Shown piece after piece: positions 51,333-61,000 of a stretch of 64,000 nt of DNA. Under the pieces are notes generated by a model, which saw only the letters and a program-made list of their open reading frames with translations, made no database searches and was not told the origin of the DNA. Position numbers and translations under genes: made by a program. The stretch is from a virus (taxonomy: Duplodnaviria; Caudoviricetes), in the IMG/VR virus record IMGVR_UViG_3300028886_000035, positions 160,001 to 224,000 of that record, one strand, 5' to 3'. Numbering within the stretch: the stretch's first letter is position 1; each line of letters begins with the position of its first letter.

Positions 51333-52193
51333 TTAATAGTTATCTTTTTCTTCTTCCATAACACCTGTGTATACCATATAAAACTCGGTATTATCATCAG
51401 TAAAGTCAACCGTTTTAAAGTCGCTTTCATCTATTGCCATTTTTTCAACAATATCCCAATTGTCACCCTTCATAAAGTCTTTTTCATCAATGTCTTTAAT
51501 AACATTACCACCTTTATACCACAAATTCATCTTGCCAAAACTTTCATCCTCTTTCAAGAATACTTTCGTAATAAAAGGTGTGTTTTTCGGAATTGCAAGA
51601 TAGCTGTTACGATTAGCAGGTGTATCCGTCAAGCGATAAAGCATCTGCCCATATGGAAGCTGACGAAGTTCAACAGTACCGTCTGCCTTGCGAATGGGAA
51701 TATACATATAATGAACACAATTAATGTATTCATCATGTTTCAAACACTCAAACTCCATATCACCATTCTTTACCTTCAATTCCACATTTTCTGCATTCTG
51801 AAAATTGGAATTAGAAATGGTAATGGCTTTATGACCTGTAAGTTTCTGTAAAGTCAGTTCCTTTGCGACTTCCTTCTTGATTTCAGAATTGGAAAAATTC
51901 TCTTTGAACGTCTTGTATTTACCACATTCCACAAATCTATTTCCTTCATCATTCAGTTTATACGCAATAACACCACGTTTAGGAACATTAATGCAATAAA
52001 CATCGGACTTACGAGCAAACACGAAACGTTCACACGACGTTGCCCTTGGGTCATCACTAAACATACGACTAAAAAGTGCAGAACGATGAACAGTATTCTC
52101 TGTAATTTTACCATTTGCGTCATAAACCATTTTTTTAAGCTCCGTAAATGCAGGAACTTCAATTCTTGCCAAACGATACATCTGATTATCCAT
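51333..52193 (-). CDS. hypothetical protein
   Basis: AGGAGAGG RBS, own promoter and terminator. Confidence 0.8.
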   Translation of the reverse strand: MDNQMYRLARIEVPAFTELKKMVYDANGKITENTVHRSALFSRMFSDDPRATSCERFVFARKSDVYCINVPKRGVIAYKLNDEGNRFVECGKYKTFKENFSNSEIKKEVAKELTLQKLTGHKAITISNSNFQNAENVELKVKNGDMEFECLKHDEYINCVHYMYIPIRKADGTVELRQLPYGQMLYRLTDTPANRNSYLAIPKNTPFITKVFLKEDESFGKMNLWYKGGNVIKDIDEKDFMKGDNWDIVEKMAIDESDFKTVDFTDDNTEFYMVYTGVMEEEKDNY

Positions 52194-52366
52194 TATTGAC
52201 CTCTCCTTTAATGTCTTAATATTTTCCTTGTACTTATATGTTACCATATTTAAAATGATTTGTCAACACTTTTTTGAATATCTTGTTGAAAAACTTTTAT
52301 CTTTATTATATCAAACATTAAAAAAGTCAATAGAAAAAGGTCACTATATTTCAAGTGACCTATATA

Positions 52367-52654
52367 TTAGTAATAAAGTTTTTTCGTTCCTATTTTTTCC
52401 ATATTGGAATAATCATCATCATATCCCAAATTATCCGTAAAAAATTCATCTACTAAAACTTTAGAAGTAAATTCATCTACAAAACATTCCCCATTGGAAT
52501 TATCCATAGCTAAATATGTACCATTATCCGTTTTTGCTACATAACATTCTCGTGGAATAGAATTTTTATTCATACGATATTTCTGTTCATAATCATTAAA
52601 TTCCTTTTCGGAAATCATTTCATAATCTACACCACTAGAAATATAATTATTCAT
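52367..52654 (-). CDS. hypothetical protein (A.DN..G.CFVDEF motif)
   Basis: 95 aa. Confidence 0.75.
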   Translation of the reverse strand: MNNYISSGVDYEMISEKEFNDYEQKYRMNKNSIPRECYVAKTDNGTYLAMDNSNGECFVDEFTSKVLVDEFFTDNLGYDDDYSNMEKIGTKKLYY

Positions 52655-52669
52655 TTTATATTTTTCCCC

Positions 52670-53050
52670 TTAATTAAAATCTTCATCATTATCTTTTGAT
52701 TGAAGGTTTTCAACAACATCACTTTTTGAATTAAGAATATAGTTTTGAATATCTTCTTTCAACTCATCCTGTTCGTCTGTTGAAAGATTATTATATTTAT
52801 CCTCAAATTCAAAATCTTCCTTGGCTTTAATAATTAAATCCTCAACAATAGAAGTATAAAAATTATCAAACCATTCATCAACAGACGAAAATTTTATTTC
52901 ATCTATTTGTTGATTATCATTAGAAGCTTCATTCCATGCAGAATACAAATCGTTTAATTCATCTGAAATTTCTTCTACTGAAATAAGATTTTTAAAAAGA
53001 GAAAAAACATTATCTGAATTTTCTGTAGCTTTTACCAATCTACGTTTCAT
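52670..53050 (-). CDS. acidic protein with N-terminal MKRRLVKA
   Basis: 126 aa, GAAAGGA RBS. Confidence 0.8.
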   Translation of the reverse strand: MKRRLVKATENSDNVFSLFKNLISVEEISDELNDLYSAWNEASNDNQQIDEIKFSSVDEWFDNFYTSIVEDLIIKAKEDFEFEDKYNNLSTDEQDELKEDIQNYILNSKSDVVENLQSKDNDEDFN

Positions 53051-53094
53051 TTAAAATTTTCAATTCCTTTCGCTAAATTCTATATCTATTATAT

Positions 53095-53331
53095 TCATAA
53101 AATGAATAAAGCAACAAATAACAGAATTAAGAATAAAGCAACCGTAGCATTAGCGCAAAAACCAACCACCTTAATAATACTTCCCAATCCATCTTTTGTT
53201 GTTTCATATAATTTATGATTTATATCAAGGACAGTATTCGTATGGCTAAGTAAACTATCAATATTATCAAAAGAAAGATTCCCTATAGACACCGCATTAT
53301 CAACAACATTAAAATCTTTATTTGCATTCAT
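53095..53331 (-). CDS. small membrane protein
   Basis: 78 aa, hydrophobic C-terminus. Confidence 0.65.
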   Translation of the reverse strand: MNANKDFNVVDNAVSIGNLSFDNIDSLLSHTNTVLDINHKLYETTKDGLGSIIKVVGFCANATVALFLILLFVALFIL

Positions 53332-53481
53332 TTTGTATTCACCCGCACGTTGTTAATTAACAATAAATATTAAAAAACTGTTTTCTCACCAATATAATAA
53401 TTAACATAATGGCAAATATACATACTTTGGAACTTAATTAAATTAAAGTTTTGATTGAATTAAAATTTATAAAACCATTCA

Positions 53482-54003
53482 TTAACACCATAAATCACGG
53501 AAATGTTTAGCAAATAAATTTAATCCTTCTTGAATAGTTTTATTTTCTTCTTCTGTTATATCCATAGAATCTTTATCATGTATTAGATAAAACGATTGTG
53601 CCATTTTATTTATTGTTTTTATCCATTCATTAAACGCTATTTCACCATCTTTGTATTTATCTATAAAATCTTTCGGGATACCTTGTACATTCTTTGTAAA
53701 GCGTATTAGTATATCACCCATTAACAATGATATACTATTATCCAAATCCCATACAATATCATTCATAGAACGTACTTTTAATTTATCTTGCCTATCATGT
53801 AACAAAAATTTTATACAACTAATATAACGATTTTTAATTTGTTTATTATCTTCTTTGCAATTTTTTAATCTTACTCGTAAAATTTCATTTTTCAATTTTT
53901 CTTGTAAATACTTAAAATGCCACTCATTATATGTAGCACTTGCAATGCTTTCTTTACAATAACCTGTTAATTCTTTCCTATAATTATTTATATTATTCTT
54001 CAT
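53482..54003 (-). CDS. conserved phage protein (C-terminal GL.LF.K.F.DLW)
   Basis: 173 aa; related to 30374-31117. Confidence 0.8.
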   Translation of the reverse strand: MKNNINNYRKELTGYCKESIASATYNEWHFKYLQEKLKNEILRVRLKNCKEDNKQIKNRYISCIKFLLHDRQDKLKVRSMNDIVWDLDNSISLLMGDILIRFTKNVQGIPKDFIDKYKDGEIAFNEWIKTINKMAQSFYLIHDKDSMDITEEENKTIQEGLNLFAKHFRDLWC

Positions 54004-54387
54004 TGATTTATACCTACTTACATTTTATTTTATTATTAATGATACATCATTTTCTATTTTTTGTCAACAAAAAAGCAGGTATTTAATGCCTGCTTTTGTT
54101 TTACTTATCCATAGACTGTATCATCATAAAAATATTTACAAAAAAACTAACCAATTAAGGTTAGCTTTTGATTATTTTTTCATATCTCTTTCGATAATTT
54201 CAATACGGCATTGATGGTCGGTAAGTTCCTTCCGAATGATTGGTAAACAGCTTGCGAGATTTTTTACCGTCTTTGCCAATTGAAATAACATAATAAAAAG
54301 GAAAATGTCAATCACTATGAAAATTATAGTTAAAGCAAATAAATTTTCCATTAATAAACTCCTATAACAAATATAATATTGTCTCAG

Positions 54388-54576
54388 TTAATCCGATACA
54401 ATCTTTCGTTCAATTTGTTGACCACGAATTTCAAAAACATTAAAGTCCAATGGATAATTCATATCAACTAACATGTGTGCGATAGCTACATTATCCATAT
54501 CTTTATATTCAGAAGTTTTTAATTTAGCATTAACAACTTCAATTGTATCTGTTTTTTTAATTTTATTATATTCCAT
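54388..54576 (-). CDS. hypothetical protein
   Basis: 62 aa, AAGGAG RBS. Confidence 0.7.
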   Translation of the reverse strand: MEYNKIKKTDTIEVVNAKLKTSEYKDMDNVAIAHMLVDMNYPLDFNVFEIRGQQIERKIVSD

Positions 54577-54593
54577 TATAATTACACTCCTTA

Positions 54594-54815
54594 TTAATTA
54601 TATGTGGTTCTAATTTCAGATAATTTCTTTTCTAATTCAAGATAACCATCTAGTGTTTCTTGTGAATGTGAATCTTGTTTTCTTAATTCCTTATCCTTTT
54701 CTTCTGCTTCATCTAAAGCACGTCGTAATCCACATATTATTTCCCAAACTCTATCTTGTGCAAGTACTACTTGGTTCATTACATCTGAATCTGCTTTAAT
54801 TAAACGTGATTTCAT
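54594..54815 (-). CDS. protein with N-terminal MKSRLIKA
   Basis: 73 aa, GAAGGA RBS. Confidence 0.75.
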   Translation of the reverse strand: MKSRLIKADSDVMNQVVLAQDRVWEIICGLRRALDEAEEKDKELRKQDSHSQETLDGYLELEKKLSEIRTTYN

Positions 54816-54925
54816 AACATCATTCCTTCTAGCATAATATTTTTATGTGTAAATTTTTCTATATCATCTTCATATGGTTTTTCATTTTCTTCATAATCAA
54901 ATTTATCATTTTGTTCATAGATTTT

Positions 54926-55434
54926 GCGTTGTTTCCTCCCACGATTTTAATCGTGGGAGGAAACAACGCTCCTCCTTTTTTTTGTGATATTATTAAGAAT
55001 ATAGAAAATCTTAATTCTGCTCCCTTTGTTAGCTTTTTGTCACTTCACAATAGAAGTAAAATTAGACAAATTTTCTATTTTGAATACTATTATATCACGT
55101 ACACTTTTCTTAAACCAGTATAGCGTAGATAGTCTATTAATTACTTTGTATACATATACTAGACTATTTTTTCCGTGATAGTTGACATATACACTTCCAT
55201 TTAGCCATACAAAATCAAACTTTGCAAGTTCCTCTTCTATCTCATTATAGGCTTTACTAGTATCTCCATATTCCTTCTTTAGCTCATTAGAATTAAAATC
55301 AAATGAAATTGCATACATGATTTGATACACTCTCTTTCTATAAATTTATTTTATATATAAAGACTTAGGCTATTCAGCAAGGGATTGTGATATTTCTACC
55401 ACAATCCCACGAATTTATTCGTGGGTTACTGAAC
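54926..55434 (-). mobile_element. non-autonomous IS200/IS605 (IscB-type) element enclosing vapD
   Basis: upstream end GTTCAGTAACCCACGAATAAATTCGTGGGATTG...GCTGAATAGCCTAAGTC (like an omegaRNA/HEARO 5' end); downstream 21-bp-arm hairpin with TTCCTCCCACGA..TCGTGGG. Confidence 0.65.
55040..55318 (-). CDS. vapD: virulence-associated protein D (VapD, Cas2-like)
   Basis: MYAI.FD...L...Y...AY.EI...L...F....GSVY...WF..SVRDI..FKIE..S.FT signature. Confidence 0.88.
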   Translation of the reverse strand: MYAISFDFNSNELKKEYGDTSKAYNEIEEELAKFDFVWLNGSVYVNYHGKNSLVYVYKVINRLSTLYWFKKSVRDIIVFKIENLSNFTSIVK

Positions 55435-55450
55435 TATTGAACAATTTATA

Positions 55451-55939
55451 TTATAATTTCATTCTATGCCATTCGTTATCCCAATATTCTTCTTCTTCTT
55501 TTGCTTCCTTCTTTAGAAGCCAACATTGATAATTATGTTCGCGAACATAATTATCAATATCAGGTAAGCCTGAAGCACCTGCATCATAAACCAATTCTTG
55601 AATATTATCATAAGTATTTGGTTTATCACCCATAGCAACAGATAATAATACAATATTATCCATCATTTCACCAGACACATCATCTATATCGTCATTTGTA
55701 TATTTAGGTAAAATTTCACACAAACATTCATAGAAATTATCGCAATCATCTAATGTTGATAATATTTTTTCTTCGACTTGATAATCTGATATTTCTTCAT
55801 ATGCTCTATCTTTATCAATCAATTCCGTAGCAACTTCACTAGCTATTTCAACGTCCTTTTCTGCTGCTTCGCATAGTTTTAGCACATCTTCCCTAGAAAA
55901 TACAATTGGTTTTTCTTCTTCTGCAATTAATCTTTTCAT
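55451..55939 (-). CDS. acidic protein with N-terminal MKRLIA
   Basis: 162 aa, AAGGAG RBS. Confidence 0.8.
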   Translation of the reverse strand: MKRLIAEEEKPIVFSREDVLKLCEAAEKDVEIASEVATELIDKDRAYEEISDYQVEEKILSTLDDCDNFYECLCEILPKYTNDDIDDVSGEMMDNIVLLSVAMGDKPNTYDNIQELVYDAGASGLPDIDNYVREHNYQCWLLKKEAKEEEEYWDNEWHRMKL

Positions 55940-55954
55940 GTAAACTCTCCTTTA

Positions 55955-56251
55955 TTATATTTTTTTAAAATCAAAGCATTTTAATATTTCTTGACTGGTA
56001 TTATTTTGTAATGCATATGCAAATTTACTAGCTATTTGTTCCATTTGCATTTTCGTATCACAAATTTTTATATATGTTTCATTTAATTGTGATTGTATAA
56101 ATATAATTTTATTATAATGTCTATCATGACCAAATCCTAAAAAAAATTCTTCTCCTAATTGGCTTACTGCATTAATATATTTACCGTCAAATAATCCCAT
56201 AATAGACGAACGAGACATATCTAAATCTTGCCATTTTACTTGCAATTTCAT
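55955..56251 (-). CDS. hypothetical protein
   Basis: 98 aa, GAGGT RBS. Confidence 0.75.
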   Translation of the reverse strand: MKLQVKWQDLDMSRSSIMGLFDGKYINAVSQLGEEFFLGFGHDRHYNKIIFIQSQLNETYIKICDTKMQMEQIASKFAYALQNNTSQEILKCFDFKKI

Positions 56252-56401
56252 ATACTGTTACCTCTTGAAAATTATATTTACCTATACAAAAAATAACTTT
56301 TAGTTTGAAATATATAATTTTTAATCATACATTTTCTATTTATTATATAAATATAATAGGATAAAAAACTAGCTAATAATTAGCTAGTTTTTTTAAATTT
56401 A

Positions 56402-57461
56402 TTAAAAATGCTTAACACGTTCTTCAACTTCATGACGTTTAGCATTATTCCATGTGGTTAAATCTCCTGTAAGATACATCTTACTTTCATAAAATGGACT
56501 ATTTCTTACCTCTGTGGGTCGTTGTGTTTAGTCTCTGCATTTAGATAAATCACATCATATTCATAAATATGTTTTCTATGTGACTTCAATTTTCCTCTCA
56601 TATGTTCAAATGATTTATTATATTCATTACTCAAAAACCTTGCACATTCAGACATTGATTCAAACTTTTGTTTAAAATTTTCTTTCATTAATATGATAGG
56701 TTTCATTCTTATTTTGCGTGCATTACTCCAATTAGTTAATATTACATTAATCATTTTTTCTGTTAATGCACGATTTTTCATTTGTACACTATGAGTCACA
56801 TATCTTAGATTTGTATATTTATTATTATGCGTGTTTCTGTCAATATGGTCTATTTCATAACCTTCAGGTCTATCGCCAAGCCAACATTCTGCAACAATTC
56901 TATGCATTGGTACTCGATGCACTTTACCTTTTAAATTAACAAAAGCTACATAATAACCATTTTTTGAATGATGATAATCTAATATAATTTTAATATGTTT
57001 CTTGGATTTTACATTTCTCAAAATTGTTCCATCATCATTCACTTCATATAAAAATTGTAATGATTTAATTTTTCTAAACTCACGATTAATATGATTACTC
57101 ATATCTCCCTTGATACCTCCATAATCATTTTTTTATTTCTGAACCTTATTAGGTATCCAATTATGGAAACTGTACTATTCAAAATACATTTACAACAGTT
57201 GATGGGCTTTTCTTACAGGGAATAACCCGTGATACGTCTAATTCTCTCAATTTTTGGTTTATCCTGCACATATTTAATATCAATATCTGCATTCTTTTCA
57301 TCTACTTTAGTAATAGTTACTTTTTCAATTACACCATCTTTTTCTTCTTTTTTTTCTTCTGCATAATTCAAAAAGTTTTCTGCGAACTTTTTATCAATAA
57401 CTGCTTCATCTTCAAATCCATTAAATACAATTGTCTTGTTATCAATCTCAAATTCTTTCAT
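56402..57461 (-). CDS. nrdD: NrdD glycyl-radical domain mini-protein, 103 aa after splicing; exons 57461-57225 and 56476-56402
   Basis: joined exons read IERIRRITG|YLTGDLTTWNNAKRHEVEERVKHF, the canonical NrdD C-terminus; own AAGGTGA RBS. Confidence 0.9.
56477..57224 (-). mobile_element. group I intron 5 (748 nt) with HNH ORF
   Basis: exon ends in U with P1 GGGU/GCCC; terminal G; R-like GCAGAGACUA and S-like AAGAAAUAGUCC. Confidence 0.88.
56506..57102 (-). CDS. intron-encoded HNH homing endonuclease
   Basis: HRIVA..W, IDHIDRN..NN...NL. Confidence 0.9.
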   Translation of the reverse strand: MSNHINREFRKIKSLQFLYEVNDDGTILRNVKSKKHIKIILDYHHSKNGYYVAFVNLKGKVHRVPMHRIVAECWLGDRPEGYEIDHIDRNTHNNKYTNLRYVTHSVQMKNRALTEKMINVILTNWSNARKIRMKPIILMKENFKQKFESMSECARFLSNEYNKSFEHMRGKLKSHRKHIYEYDVIYLNAETKHNDPQR

Positions 57462-57476
57462 ATCATATCACCTTTT

Positions 57477-57857
57477 TTATGAATTTAAAGTTTTCTTTAA
57501 AGTATTGCTAATTTTTTCTTTAATTTCAGGAGAGGGGTCATTTGCTTTTTTCACATTAAGCAAATCATAATCTTTTTCATACATTTCCGTATATAATTTC
57601 TCTAATTTATCTGCTTCATCTTGTGTACTGCAATCTACAATTGGAAGTATATCTAAATCATCAAAATCATATTTACTAATTTGTCTATCAGGATATGTAT
57701 AGTCCCCTGAATGATGTTGAATTAGTCTACGATGTAATGTATTCGTAGTTTGTCCAATATAAATTACATTATTTGTATTCTTATCTACAATTTTATAGAT
57801 ACAGAATTTTTTCTTATATTCTTTTTCCATATATAATTTTCCTTTTTTACGTCTCAT
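57477..57857 (-). CDS. free-standing GIY-YIG endonuclease (short)
   Basis: CIYKI...YIGQT...R...H, conserved E and N; short NUMOD3-like tail. Confidence 0.85.
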   Translation of the reverse strand: MRRKKGKLYMEKEYKKKFCIYKIVDKNTNNVIYIGQTTNTLHRRLIQHHSGDYTYPDRQISKYDFDDLDILPIVDCSTQDEADKLEKLYTEMYEKDYDLLNVKKANDPSPEIKEKISNTLKKTLNS

Positions 57858-57881
57858 ATTTCTCGTCTCTGTTTTTAAAAT

Positions 57882-57977
57882 TTATTTATCCATATTTTTA
57901 ATTACATATAATGAAAACATTATATTAACTAATCCAAAGATAAATGCAATCAAACAATATATAAATGTAACATTCAT
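57882..57977 (-). CDS. 31-aa membrane peptide MNVTFIYCLIAFIFGLVNIMFSLYVIKNMDK
   Basis: AGGTGA RBS, one hydrophobic helix. Confidence 0.5.
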   Translation of the reverse strand: MNVTFIYCLIAFIFGLVNIMFSLYVIKNMDK

Positions 57978-58020
57978 AATTACATCACCTATTAATTAAA
58001 TAGACTTCCGTAATTTTAAT

Positions 58021-61000
58021 TTACTTATCTGTACAACCACAACCAATATCGCGAATATTTACGTGAATATCTGTATCTTCACGAATTTCTTTATATCCGC
58101 AAATTGGGCAAGTGTCTCCATCAATAACTAATGTATTACCACATGAAGGACATCTGTCTACGGGGTGGTTGACTGCAAAGTAATTCATATTCTTATCGTG
58201 CATATATCTAATAACAGTTTCAAAAGCATCAAGATTTTTTAATGGGTCTCCATCCATTTCCAAATAGCTAATTACACCCGCATTACACAACTCATGATAT
58301 GGAGCTTCAATCTCAATTTTCTTTGCAGCTGAAATAGGATAGTAAACTGGAATATGCATACTGTTCGTAAAATATTCTCTATCCGTTACACCTTTAATAA
58401 CTCCATATTTCTTTCTTGTATCGCGAAGGAACGCACCAGCAGTTGATTCTGCCGGTGTCGCAAATAAACTAAAGTTTAAATGCGTTTCTTTCGCGTACTT
58501 ATCTGTCATTTCACGCATATGTTTAATAATTTCATATCCTAACTTACGCGCTTCTTCTGTTTCTCCATGATGTGAACCAATCAATGCTACAAGTGCTTCT
58601 GCCAATCCACAGAAACCAATTGAAATAGATGCTTGTTTTAATACAGGAGCAATTTCATCTGTCCATTTCAATTGTTCACTTGTATACCAAAGATGTTGTC
58701 CCATCAAGAATGGGAAATTATATACATGACGATGACCAATGCGTTCAAATCTCCAAAGAAGATTTTCTTTGCAAAGTTTCATGTATTTATCCAAAAGTTT
58801 ATAGAACTTTTTAATATCATGGTTTGCATCCAATGCCAACATAGGAAGATTAATGGTATCGAATGCAAAATTACCTCTTGATGAAGTAATTGGTTCGCCA
58901 TTCAAATTCATTTGAGTTTTGGTTCTACAGCCCCAGCGTAGCATTTTCTATATCACTATAGGTTCAGACTATATCACATACCTATAATTATAGGCATCTT
59001 TTCTTTTCCACTAACTCAAAAAGTGTACTCTACTTCCGTAGATAGTCGTTTAGCTTTTATTATTAATAAATGTGTTTAATTGTTTTTCTATATGTAGAAA
59101 CATAAAATTTTTTATTTTTGTAAATAAAATATCCACGTTTTATGATTCCATCTACAGATAAATATGATTTATCATAATAATCTGCAAATTGTTTTCTTTC
59201 ATCAAACTCTCTGATAACATTATTTCTATCTTTATCAGAATATATAATTATTGGACACCATGTTGTTTTATAATGATTTTTATGTACTTTTCTAAGACCA
59301 TTCTTAAATGCATGTTTATCATTTTCAGAACGAGTACACCATTCTAAATTGTCATATCTACAATTTAATTTATTTCCATCAATATGATTAACAACAAGTG
59401 TACTATAATTTATTGGTGGATTACAAAAATAATATGCAACTAATCTATGTATAAAAAATCTTTTATGTGGATTAGATAAACAAACACGTCTATATCCACA
59501 ATTATTTTTGTCTCCGATTAATAATCTTCCATCTTTATTTTTAACTTGTCCAAAATTACTAATTAAATATCTTCCATTATAACCTTTAATTTCTTTCCAT
59601 AGTTCTTGCATATTTCACCATTTATAAATAAATTTAGCACTAGATTACCTTAAAAATTTAAGGTTTCCTTGTTTAGAAAAGTTCTTCGATATACATTTCT
59701 GTATAAAGCCACAGGTTTGTTTATGGTTGCAATCTCAGTTCTATAATCATTTGGATTATAATATTGCATATTGTAAGGTGCGTCTTGATTTTCAAAATTC
59801 GCTTAAATAAATTATATTTCTATAATTCGCAGACTATCTCTTTACATCATATTGATGTATATTGCGCTTCCGCATAATTTTATGCGTACTAGGATTTCTC
59901 CTATAGTCGTTACACTTTATTTATTATTTATAATAAATTTTAGCACGGTATTGCCACTATCTATTAAAAATAGATTTAGGTTCTCTTACGAAGTTGCTTA
60001 AAACTTCTACCGTTTTCACAATATGTTTCTTACATTACTGTAAGCCCCAATGTTGTTTAGGGAACAGACGCTTTGCACTTACACGCATAGCTAATTTAAA
60101 TAAATCGTAATTCGGGTCACCAGGGTCATAACTAATACCCTTTTTAAGTCTAAATATAGTTATCATTTATACCGTTACTTTCGTAATATTTTAACCATTT
60201 CTTAAAGAAATGCGGATTAGACTATCTCTTTACATCATTATGATGTATATTGCACTTCCATATTTTAATAATATGTACTCCGTTCTCACGGATAGTCGTT
60301 ACATTTTAATTATTAATGCTAAAGAAATTCCAACCATGATAAGGTTTAAACAGCTTTTTATCCAATCGCAATTTAACACTACCTGGACTGAAATTATATA
60401 TTTTACAAAAATGTACAATTCCATGAATTATCATTAAATCATTATCTGGTGAAATAGCAATAAAATGTTTTGAATATTGTTCTGTGTTTCTATATTTAAT
60501 ATTTATTTCATTAGATATAAACATACAAGTATCTAAAGAATAAACTTTTTGTGATGGTAATAATCCTTTTTGCTTTATGTCTTTATCCAAACATAAAATT
60601 CCATCATTGAATTCTTTTTCATTATATCCATCAATTTTGGATAAATCTTCTAAAAAATATTCAAAACAATGCCATCTATTACAAACAGTAACACCTAATC
60701 CACCATATGAAGAAAAGTCTTTTTTGTTATGAGAATTATAACATCTACTTAACATATTTCTCCATAATGTGCAAGCGCGTTTATTCATTTTTGATGTTGC
60801 ATTTCCCATATATCCAATCCCATATAATGTTGGATAGAATAAATCTTTAATACAACCTTGATTCAATGCTTGCTTCAAAACAGTTCGTTTGCTATGTGTT
60901 CTTAGAAATTCAATTTCATAATAATGATTACCATTTTTTATATAATCATAATTAATTTTATATTCTAATCCTGTATTCGTTTTAAATATTTTATTCATTT

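Noticed and set aside
57462-58020. A sixth intron joining the large nrdD part to the radical domain
   Set aside because: No R/S core motifs or P1 seen, and the downstream part has its own RBS and N-terminal extension; RT-PCR would settle it
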